From the NCBI GenBank assembly GCA_043734795.1, contig JAYTEY010000338.1, positions 1 through 25,416 on the forward strand: 25,416 nt of DNA, in the 5' to 3' direction. Source of the DNA: Abditibacteriaceae bacterium. Lineage in GTDB: Bacteria; Armatimonadota; Abditibacteriia; Abditibacteriales; Abditibacteriaceae. Position numbers and translations under genes: made by a program. Shown here in pieces: positions 1 through 9,400 of the stretch (position 1 is its first letter; the number at the start of each line of letters is the position of its first letter). The notes under the pieces were generated by a model. It made no database searches and was not told where the DNA came from. It saw nothing but the letters and a program-made list of their open reading frames with translations.

Positions 1-46
1 GAAGAATCTAATTGCAATTAGATTCTTCGCTGCGCTCAGAATGACA
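1..46. repeat. REP-like inverted-repeat dimer (GTCATTC...GAATCT family), truncated by window start
   Basis: Perfect 28-bp palindrome at 1-28, followed by right arm AGATTCTTCGCTGCGCTCAGAATGACA; same family as the copies at 10357, 13948, 22339 and 24440. Confidence 0.85.
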
Positions 47-111
47 ACTTGCTAATTTGTTCTTTTTTCGACTTATGAAAGAGGTCTATTCTCTGAAACC
101 CACAAATTCCT

Positions 112-600
112 ATGACCTTTTTCTATCTCGATGCCGAAGCCACGACGTTTCAAAGCGCGCCCGACGGGACTTTGCGCGTGGTCGTGCCGGATCAAGTGTG
201 CGGTTTGCAGGTGCAGGCGCTGCGCGCTTTTCCGCTTTCTCACAACGAGGAGCACATCGTTTTGCGCGATGGCGCCAACAAGGAAATCGGGGTTTTGCGC
301 GACTTGAAAGCCTTGCCGCAAAACGCGCAGGAATTGGTGCGGGCGCAGCTTCATCGTCGCTATTTTCTGCCGCGCATTTTGAAAATCTACAGCGTTTTCG
401 AGCGTTTTGGCACGACGCAATGGGAACTCGAAACCGACCGCGGCTACCGCGAAATTACGACCAAACCGATCAACGACGCTTTGCACGAAATGTCGCCGGG
501 TCGCTATTTCATCACCGATAACGAAAACAATCGTTACGAAATCGAAAACCTGAGCGAACTCGACGAAGCCAGCCGCGCGCTGTTTCTGGGCAAAAGCTGA
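112..600 (+). CDS. DUF1854-like domain protein (162 aa)
   Basis: Recognisable pattern RAFPLS...EIG.L.DL..L...R.YFLPRI..I...W.LETDRG...ITD...NRYEI..L..LD..SR. Confidence 0.75.
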   Translation: MTFFYLDAEATTFQSAPDGTLRVVVPDQVCGLQVQALRAFPLSHNEEHIVLRDGANKEIGVLRDLKALPQNAQELVRAQLHRRYFLPRILKIYSVFERFGTTQWELETDRGYREITTKPINDALHEMSPGRYFITDNENNRYEIENLSELDEASRALFLGKS

Positions 601-627
601 ACACAGTTGGCGATTGCGCAATGACGA

Positions 628-641
628 ATCGAGTACTCGAT
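628..641. repeat. Iterated palindrome ATCGAGTACTCGAT (exact)
   Basis: Intergenic; extends to a 16-bp palindrome at 627-642. Confidence 0.95.
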
Positions 642-664
642 TGATGAAGTCCCGGGGGAAAACG

Positions 665-922
665 ATGACGATTTCTTACGAGCCGACGAGCGACGTTTTG
701 ACGATCACACTCGAAGCTGCGCCGCTTGCGCAAAGCCAGTTGCAAGGCACCGTTTCCGTGGGCCTTGCGGCGAACGGCGCACCGGTTTCAGTCGCGGTTT
801 CGCAAGCCAGCACGTTGCTGTGGGAGCACGGCGGCCAGGTCAGCGTAATGCTGCCGCAAACCGTCGTGACGCAAGTCGTGCTCATCTCGCAAGTCGTGGA
901 AACGCGCGTTGTCGAACTATGA
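665..922 (+). CDS. DUF2283-like small protein (85 aa)
   Basis: GGGGGAA RBS-like sequence before ATG 665; N-terminus MTISYEPTSDVLTITL resembles the DUF2283 pattern M.I.YD...D.L.I.L. Confidence 0.55.
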   Translation: MTISYEPTSDVLTITLEAAPLAQSQLQGTVSVGLAANGAPVSVAVSQASTLLWEHGGQVSVMLPQTVVTQVVLISQVVETRVVEL

Positions 923-943
923 AAACGCGAGAAAGCGAATTGT

Positions 944-2725
944 TCAATTGGGAACGAGCGCATTGAGAATCGCGTTTTGCAGCGCTTTTTCGTCGCCGAA
1001 CGGCACGATTTGAACGCCGTCGAGGTCATTCAATCCGCACGCGGCTGTCGCGATAATCGGCACGCCGCGGCTCCACGCTTCGAGCAAAAAACGCGGACAA
1101 TCTTCAGCCAAAGCCGGTTGTACAACAGCTGCGACCTGATTTATCCACGCATCACACCGCGATTTTTCGACGCGCCGCGTTTTCAGGCCGCGCCAGAAAT
1201 CGTCGCCTTCCAGTTCGCTTCCCCAAAGCCACACTTCTAACTTCAGCGCGCGCGCGACTTCGCGCAACTCGTAAGCGCCTTTGCGCGCGGCTGTCGGGCC
1301 GGGAAAAAGCACGATTCGATTTCGTGTCGTCACTCGTTGCTGGCGCGTTTGGGTTTTCCAACTCAAATCGAGTACTCGATTGGCGAATAAAACCGCGATT
1401 TTTGGGTGCGGCGAAACCAGAAATCGCGCGTTTTGGAGCGCGGTTCGTTCGGTTTCAACCAGCTTTTGCGGCGCGCGAAACTCGCGCAGGGTGGCGCGTT
1501 CGGGGTGAATGGCGCTTTGTGCGTCCAGTCGGCGATGCAGTTCGTGAAAAGGCAGACGCGTCATCAAGACATCGAAAGTGCGACCGCCCAGGGCACCGTC
1601 GCGCCACAAAAACGGCAGAAAGCTTTGCGCGACAACGACATGTGTCGCATCGTGCGCCAGTTTTTTCGCCAAAGCGCGACTCAAAAGTTCTGTCGTTTCG
1701 AGTTGCGCGTTCAAACGTTGCGCGCCCAAATTGCCCTGGCGCCGCGCTTGAAAGCTGCGCCACAAAGCCGCCGTTCGCGCTTCAAAAACTGTCTTGAAAT
1801 CGTGGGTTTTCCACGAATTGCGCGCGCGTTTTCCTACCCAACTTTCGGCTCGCAGTGGAACCAGAACGTCGTCATCGCCGCCGATTTGGGCGCGCACAAA
1901 ATCTTGCCATTCCGGCCAGGGTTCATCCAACAGAAAAGCGGTTTTGCCGACAACCGTCTCGCTTTCACGATGGCGAAAACACGCGGTTTGCGCGCACGAA
2001 GCGCAACTGTGAACCGGGACATCGAGCCGCGGACGCGCGGTTTTTTGCGGCTCAAACACGACGTTTGGCGCGGCTGGCTTGGGCGTTTTCGCCCACAATT
2101 GGACGACCAGTTCGTCGCGTGTCAGGGAAGTTCGCAGCAGCAAATCGCACGGCGCGCGAAAGCGAAAATCGACGTAATTCCAGGCGACTGTCGCGTCGCG
2201 CCCGCTTTGCGCCTGCGAGCCGGGAACGATTTGCGAATGCGCGTGGCGCTCGACGATTTCGAGTTGCGCCTGCAACGCTACATCATAAAGCGCATTCGAC
2301 AACTGGCACAAACCGCCGCCAACTGCGGGCATCAAACAGCCTTCGCGCAGCAAGCGGCCACGTGCAAAACCGCGCCGAGTTGTCGCTCGCCCGACTTGCT
2401 TCCAAAAGCTGAAAACCTGCCCGCCAGGAATCAGAACGCGGTTCAAGCGCCGAGAGGCGACACGCAAGTTCTGCACTTTGCCGATTTGCAGCGCGCGTTC
2501 GGACTGGGTTTCGTCGTTCCACAAAGCCGTGCGCGACTGCGCGTGCAACATCGAGTACTCGATTGTGTCATCGCTTGGTTTCCAGCGCCGCACATTGCGC
2601 ACGACATCGAAAAACGCGCGCCGCATCTGATGAACGGTCGCTTTCGCGTGAAAGATCGCGGCTTCGCGGCGTGTCGGAAGGCGGCGCGAATCGGGCTGCG
2701 TCGGGATTTTCGCGGAAGGTTTCAT
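944..2725 (-). CDS. VanW-family domain fused to a C-terminal glycosyltransferase-like (GT-B/GT4-type) domain (593 aa)
   Basis: VanW motifs NLRVA...FSFWKQVG...GGGLCQLSNALY...ERHAHS...DATVAWNYVDFRF; C-terminal RKGAYEL...QPALAEDCPRFLLEAWSRGVPIIAT resembles the GT4 nucleotide-sugar-binding half. Confidence 0.75.
   Translation of the reverse strand: MKPSAKIPTQPDSRRLPTRREAAIFHAKATVHQMRRAFFDVVRNVRRWKPSDDTIEYSMLHAQSRTALWNDETQSERALQIGKVQNLRVASRRLNRVLIPGGQVFSFWKQVGRATTRRGFARGRLLREGCLMPAVGGGLCQLSNALYDVALQAQLEIVERHAHSQIVPGSQAQSGRDATVAWNYVDFRFRAPCDLLLRTSLTRDELVVQLWAKTPKPAAPNVVFEPQKTARPRLDVPVHSCASCAQTACFRHRESETVVGKTAFLLDEPWPEWQDFVRAQIGGDDDVLVPLRAESWVGKRARNSWKTHDFKTVFEARTAALWRSFQARRQGNLGAQRLNAQLETTELLSRALAKKLAHDATHVVVAQSFLPFLWRDGALGGRTFDVLMTRLPFHELHRRLDAQSAIHPERATLREFRAPQKLVETERTALQNARFLVSPHPKIAVLFANRVLDLSWKTQTRQQRVTTRNRIVLFPGPTAARKGAYELREVARALKLEVWLWGSELEGDDFWRGLKTRRVEKSRCDAWINQVAAVVQPALAEDCPRFLLEAWSRGVPIIATAACGLNDLDGVQIVPFGDEKALQNAILNALVPN
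1367..1380. repeat. Iterated palindrome (exact)
   Basis: In the VanW-GT CDS, read as RVLD. Confidence 0.95.
2550..2563. repeat. Iterated palindrome (exact)
   Basis: In the VanW-GT N-terminal region, read as IEYS. Confidence 0.95.
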
Positions 2726-2775
2726 GGCGTCGGAAGAAACAACGCGCCATGCCGCGCGTTTGTCTCAAGTCGTAT

Positions 2776-2788
2776 TGTTATAATTATA
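2776..2788. promoter_or_regulatory. Extended -10 (TGtTATAAT, +) overlapping a minus-strand TATAAT
   Basis: TGTTATAAT at 2776-2784; TATAATTATA (2779-2788) is self-complementary; lies in the 72-bp gap between divergent genes. Confidence 0.55.
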
Positions 2789-2797
2789 GCCGCCACG

Positions 2798-3343
2798 ATG
2801 AATCGCTCTCACACTTCAAAACCTAAAAACGCGCGCGCGCCGCAGCATCGCGCCGCGCGTTTTCGTGGCGCCAGTGCGCTGCTGGCGACGGCGATGTTGC
2901 TGCTCGCTTTTGCGCCGTTTCAAAGTGCCAACGCCGATTCGCTGAAAAGTTTCAACGCGCAATGGGCGCAGGTTTCGTCCAGCTTGGTTTCTTCGCTGGG
3001 CGCGACCGATGAGGCGACCGCGCGCGTTCAAAGCGAGCAGTTGTTCTTGTGGATGCAAACGCGCGTTGCATCGTTCGAGAATCCGCAAGGTTTGTCGGTC
3101 GGCCAGTTCGTCGCTTTGCTCGATGAATGGCGCCAAACCGAGCGCGGCAAAATCAGCGTTCCCCAAATTCACGCCAAGACGAAACAACCGCAATCGAGTA
3201 CTCGATTGCGCGCGAGTTCGTTTCTCGAGCTTGCTTTCGCGCCACAAATTGCCACTTTCAACCCGCGCTCTCATGCGCCGTTTTCTTCTTCTCATGCCGC
3301 CGCGAAACTTTCCGGCGTGCGCACCAATCGTCGTCACGAATAG
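2798..3343 (+). CDS. Exported protein with Sec signal peptide directly upstream of secA; candidate SecM-like monitor peptide (181 aa)
   Basis: Basic n-region, hydrophobic ASALLATAMLLLAFAPF, ANA-D cleavage site; C-terminus FSSSHAAAKLSGVRTNRRHE. This is the last 181 codons of track ORF 1406..3343. Confidence 0.7.
   Translation: MNRSHTSKPKNARAPQHRAARFRGASALLATAMLLLAFAPFQSANADSLKSFNAQWAQVSSSLVSSLGATDEATARVQSEQLFLWMQTRVASFENPQGLSVGQFVALLDEWRQTERGKISVPQIHAKTKQPQSSTRLRASSFLELAFAPQIATFNPRSHAPFSSSHAAAKLSGVRTNRRHE
3193..3206. repeat. Iterated palindrome (exact)
   Basis: In the secA-upstream ORF, read as SSTR; extends to a 22-bp palindrome at 3189-3210. Confidence 0.95.
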
Positions 3344-3466
3344 CTTTCAGTTGTCGGTGTTCAGTGTTCGGTGGCCAGTTCCATCGCGCTGCGCCGCGCT
3401 TCGTCGCGCCTGACAATCAATAACCCAATTTCAAAAACCGCGAGAAATCTCGCCTGGAGACACACG

Positions 3467-6400
3467 ATGTTGAACTTGAAACATTTGTTCGGCGGCAAGC
3501 CGAAAGACGAAGACGCAAAGTCGGGCGCCGTTCAACTGGCGCCCGGAGCGCAGACGCCCGGAATCGCCGGAGCCGTCGCCAAACTGTTCGACAAAAACGA
3601 ACAAGAAGTCGCCAAACTGCGCCCGACAGTCGAACGCGTCAACACCCTGGCCGCTGAACTCAAAGCGTTGTCCGACGAAGAACTCAAAGCGCGTTCGCAA
3701 AAGCTGCGCGAAACTTTCCAGGAAATCGTGACGCAAAAACTGTCGCGTTCGCGCAACGCGGAAGGCGAAGCGTTCGGCTGGCAGGAACTGGCGACGGAAA
3801 TGGACTGGAGCGACGAATATCATCGCGCGCGCAAAGCCGCGGAAAAAGAAACGCTGGAAGAATTGCTGCCCGAAGCGTTTGCGCTCACGCGCGAAGCCGG
3901 CGACCGCACGATCGGGCTGCGTCACTTCGATGTGCAGCTCATCGGCGGCGCGGTTTTGCACAGCGGCCGCATCGGCGAAATGCGCACCGGCGAAGGGAAA
4001 ACGCTTGTTGCCACGCTGCCGACGTACCTCAATGCGCTCAGCGGGCGCGGCGTTCACGTCGTCACAGTCAACGATTATCTGGCCGAGCGCGACGCCAACT
4101 GGATGCGCCCGATTTATGAATTCTTGGGACTCAGCGTCGCGTTTTTGACCAACGACCTGGAAAACGACGCGCGCAAACCCGCTTATGCGTGCGACGTTTT
4201 GTATGGCACCAACAGCGAGTTCGGCTTCGATTATCTGCGCGACAACATGGCGCGCACGTCCGACGACATGGTGCAGCGCGCGCTCAACTTCGCCATCGTC
4301 GATGAAGTCGATAACATCCTGATCGACGAAGCGCGCACGCCTTTGATTATCTCGGCGCAGGTCGCCAAAACCGACCGCGCTTTGCGGCGCCAGCAGATGG
4401 CGAAAACCTGCGACGGTCTGGCGCGCAACCTCATGCCCGCCGTCACCGACCGCGAAATCGAAAACCTGCAAGACAGTCTGACTGAGCGCGGGCGCATCGA
4501 CATCGACGGCTTGATGCGCGAAATTCTCAAAAACGGCGCCTTCGATCAGGCCGCGAGCTATCTTGTCGATTCCTACTTAATAGGCGAACGCAGCGCGCGC
4601 GTGGAAAACGCGTCGCACCTGCTCGATGTCGCAATCGAGTACTCGAATGCCGGTTTGATCGACGCCGCAGGCCGTGATCATCTGCAAAACATCGCGGTCG
4701 AAGCGGTTCATCCCGACCGTTTGCGCGACGCCTGGACTCAAGAAATCGCGCGCCTGAGCGAACCGTTCGCGCAAGCATTCGCGTTCAACATGGAAGAAGG
4801 CAACGCGCGCGCGCTGGCGATGTCGCTCGATTTGGGCGACGACGCGAGCATCGAATTCGCGCCGCGACTGGACGAAACCCAAAGCAAAATGCCGGTCGTC
4901 GCGCAAATCGTCGCCGAAGAAATGGCGCGCCGCAACCTGGTTTCCGAAGGCGCAGTTGCGGACGTTTCGGCTGCTCTGTTGGGCGCGGGGAATTCGCCCC
5001 AAGCGATTCATTCGGCGTTAATGGAAGCGGTTTTGGCATCGCCCGGCGGCGTTCAGGAAGCCGACGCTTTGCTGCATGAAGCGGTCGCGGAAAGCGGCGC
5101 AATCGGCGGCATCAAGAACGAGGACAGCGCGCGTCGCATCATCGGCGCGCTGGAAGAAGTTTCGCTGCGCGGACTTTTGCCTTTCGAGACCGGCGAGCGT
5201 TTGTGGGAATCGGTGAAATTAACGCAAGGCCGCGACGCTTTGCGCAGCGAGATTGCGCGCACAGTCGAAGCGCATCCGGGCGAAGCCGCGCAAAAAATCG
5301 CGCAACTGGCAAACGAGTACTCGAACGCGCGCCAGGCGTTCTTGCAAACCGAATCGGAGACTTTGAAGTCGCAGTTGGGCGCTTATGAAATCGTGGCGAA
5401 GCAGGCGCGAAACGGTGCAACGGCCAACGCGTTGCGCGCGACTCTGCAAAGCGAAATCGGCAAAAGCGGCGCGTTCGGCGAAGCGACCAAGCTGGTGAAA
5501 AACTTCGTGCGCGAGCAAAATCGCGCGCACGAATCTTTGGCCGGAAGTTTGGCCGAAGAAATGGCGCAGTGGGTCGAAGTTCCGCGCGACGCCAACAAAA
5601 TTCTGGCGCAACTGTTCGGCGAAGGCGGCAAAACCGGCGAAGTGCGCGAGCGCATTCTGTTGGCTGTGCGTGATTTGCCCGGCGAAAATACCGAGCTTCC
5701 CGCGCTGATCGGCGAAAGCGTGCGCCAACTTCAAGAATGGCGCAGCGAACACGCGCATCTTTTGGTGACGGAAATTAGCGAGCGTGTCGAGCTTCCCGCC
5801 GAATCGAGTACTGGAATTGTGGCCGCGATTGAAAACGGCGAGTTCGCGGGCAATTTGGAAGATTTCATCGGCGAGCAGCTGCTGGCTTCTCCGCAAATCG
5901 CGCTTCAAGCGCAGGCGATTGACGAATTCGGCGCGCGCCTGGCGGCTTTCGAAGACGAATCCGACACGCAAATCCTGAGTTCGATTCATGACGTTTTGCC
6001 TTTGTCGGACGACGCGCGCGACGCCTTGCAGGAAACGCTGGACGCGACCGAAACCGATCTGCACAAAGCGATTTTCGGGACTTTGGCCGCCGACGCCGTG
6101 AGCCGCCATCTGGAGCCATTGTTGACCGAAGAAAACGCGGTCGCTTTTGCCGAAGAAGTGACGCGGCGTTTGCCGCTGGCGAAAAACGTCCGCAAGCGCG
6201 TCAAGGCGAACGCGTTCGTCGGTCGTTCCGCCGAGCAGCTGATGCGCGCGATCGTGCGTTTGGTGCAGGAAACTTTCGCGGTCGTGCAAGTCGATGAAGG
6301 TGTCGGCGAAGACAGCCTGAAACGCGTCGTGCGCAACCTGGGCTGGCTGGTCGAAAAAGACGAGAAACGTCGCCAGGCGGCGCTGACCGACATGGGAACT

Positions 6401-9400
6401 TTGGTCGCCGAGCGCGAAGCCGGAACGCCCGCCTTTAGCGACCCGGAAAATTTCCTGGAAACGCTGGTCTCCAACGAAATTTTGACCGAAGACGAAGCCG
6501 CCGTTTTGCGTCGCGCGCAAGCCGAAAACCCAAATGACACGATTTCGACAACAGTCGATCGAGTGCTGCGTTTGCCTGCCGACCGCCGCCGCCGTTTGGC
6601 CGAAGCCAAGCTGCAAGAGATTCAGCCGGTTTTGGATCAGGCGGTCAAGGCGCACGCGCTGTTTCACCGCGAAGTGCATTACGTCATCGCCAGCAACCCG
6701 GAAACCGGCAAGCAGGAAATCGTCATCGTCGACGAATTTACAGGCCGCAAAATGCCGGGACGCCGCTTCAGCGAAGGCTTGCACGAAGCCTTGGAAGGCA
6801 AACACGATTTGGAAGTCCAATTGGAATCTCAAACGGTTGCGACGGTCACGATTCAGAATTATTTCCGGCTTTATAACAAGCTGGGCGGCATGACGGGAAC
6901 CGCGAAAACCGAAGAAGCCGAGTTCGCCAAAACCTATGGCATCGAGGTCGTTTCGATCCCGACCAACCGCCAGATCAAGCGCCGCGACTTTCCCGATGTC
7001 GTCTACAAAACCGCCGAAGCCAAGTTCCGCGCGATTACGTTCGAGATTTTGGAACATCATTGCGCCGGTCAGCCGGTTTTGGTCGGAACGCGCAGCGTCG
7101 AGGTTTCGGAACGCATGAGCGAGCGTTTGAAAGCGCAGCCTTTGCAGCTTTTGGCCTTGCAGCAATTGATCAAGTCGAAGTTGTGGGATGACAAAAGCGT
7201 GCCCGCCGACCAAAAAGCCGAGATCGTGCAAGGCTTGAATACGCCGATCGCGCAGCTCAACATGATGCAGGTCAAAGCCGTCGCGCGTCAGTTCAGCATC
7301 AATCCCGACGCCAATCACGAAGACAACATCAACGCGCTGCTGGGTTTGTTCACGGTCGCTAACCCCAGCCGCGAAAAGCTCGAAACCGCGCTCAAAGTCG
7401 GCTTGCCGCACAACGTTTTGAACGCCAAAAACCATCGCAACGAAGCGCGCATCGTCGCCGAAGCCGCGCGCCCCGCGAGCGTCACGATCGCGACCAACAT
7501 GGCCGGTCGCGGCGTCGATATCGTTTTGGGCGGAACGCTTGACGTTGAATCGCGCTGGCGCGTGATGACGCTGCAAACCTTGGCGCGCGCGTTGGAAAAC
7601 AAAAGCGTGCAGGTGCGTTCGCGCAACGAAGAAACCACGCAAAAGTTCGTCGAACGATTGGCGCCCGAGCGTTTGCAGGATTTGGCGTGGATGAGTTTGA
7701 TGACGCAAACCGTCGATCAGTTGGAGCGCGAAGGCAAGCTGCAAGGCCAGATCGCCAAAGAACTGCGCGACACCCTGGCGCAGGAACTGACGACGCCCGA
7801 CCTGAAAAACAAAGTCCGTTCGCGCGCGCGGCGCTTGAACTTGCTGGATCAATTGCCGCTGGACGCCGCGCCGATGGACGACAATCGAGTACTCGATGCG
7901 CTCAACAACGACTTCAAGCGCTTGATGAACTTGAGCTTTCCCAACGAACAGCTTTTGATGGCGCTATCGAATGGCGTTTCGAGCCGCGCGACGGGACGCG
8001 ATCCGGGCGAAAGCGCTTTGCTGATGGCGCTTTCGCGGCCTCTTTCGATTGCACAAAACTCGTGCGAACGTTTGCTCGAAGTGTTGGACGAAACGCCCGA
8101 TCTGGACGAAATGCTGCTCGAAGCCGCGTCGCAATCCGCCGATTTGGGATATGCGCAGTCGTTCCTCGATTTGGCTTCACAGCTTCCCCACGTCACGCCG
8201 GAATGGGTCGAAGGCGAACTGAAACTGTTCAACGTGAGCAATGCCGCCGACGCCAAACGAGTACTCGATTTGCGCCAGAACACGCGCAAAGAAACCAACG
8301 AAGCGCAGATTCTCGCCGAACTGGGCGAACAAAATCTGGGTTTGCAATGGCTGCGCGAACGCTTGCGCGAATGGAACGTGGCGAGCGAAGCGCGCGCATT
8401 TCAAGCGACGCCCGAACTTCAGGAAATGCTCGGCGACAGTGCCGTCGTGCACTTGAAACTGGACAAAGAGCGCGTCGCAGCTTTGCGCAAAGAATGGCAA
8501 AACGGCGGCGATCATCGGCGCGCTTTGGTCACAGTCGAGGCGCCGAACCTGATTTTGCTGGGCGATGTCGCCGAAGTCGCCGGACACGACGCGCCATTTC
8601 TGCATCCTGAATGGATGCACGCGACGATGGTGCAGCTCGATTTACTCACGGGCGACGACGTTTTTGAAGCGCAGATCATGGGTCAAGCCGAAGACGAAGC
8701 GGGCAACTTGCAGGAAATGCCGATCGACGTTCTGGTCTACCGCATTCGACTCAATCGAGTACTCGATGCGCTGGCTCCCACGCTGCGCGAAGCCGTGCAA
8801 ATCGTCGGAAGCGAACCGAAAGACGTGTTGCGCGAGTTGGAGCGCCAGGCGCCGTGGGCAGCGCAATTCATCGACGAAAATTGGGTTGCGGGCAAACTGC
8901 AAAGCCTCGATATGACGAGCGTGCCGGTTCAAAGCGGCGCGCCGGTTCGCATCGAAACCGGCGTGGCCGGACAAAGCGCCGACATCGTTTTGGAAGGCGA
9001 AGCGCGCGCGGAAGACATTGCGCACACGTCCGAGCAAGACGAAGTGAAAGCTTCGGGCGGTTTGCACATCATCGGAACCGAGCGCCACGAAAGCCGCCGC
9101 ATTGACAATCAGTTGAGAGGCCGCGCCGGTCGTCAGGGCGATCCGGGTTCTTCGCGTTTCTATGTTTCTCTGGAAGACGAATTGTGGCGTTTGTTCGGCG
9201 TGCGCGGACAAGGGCTTTTGAACAAATGGGACGAGGACGAAGCGGTCGAGCATCCGATGATTTCTAAGAGCGTCGAGCGCGCGCAAAAGAAAGTCGAGCT
9301 GAATCACTTTGAAGGCCGCAAAAACGTTTTGCAATATGACGACGTGATGAACGTGCAGCGCGAAGTGATTTACCGCGAGCGCCGTCGCGCGCTTTTGGGC

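Noticed and set aside
1406-2797. First ~464 codons of the 645-aa + strand ORF
   Set aside because: Antisense shadow of the VanW-GT gene; only the part from ATG 2798 looks like a real protein.
5219-7852. 877-aa minus-strand ORF, plus 3431..4471 and 8642..9697
   Set aside because: Antisense shadows of secA caused by GC-biased codon usage; no motifs.
4441-9037. SecA insertions as inteins
   Set aside because: No C/S at insert starts together with a terminal His-Asn followed by C/S/T, and no LAGLIDADG-like blocks. The only nearby HN is the native HNVLNAK.
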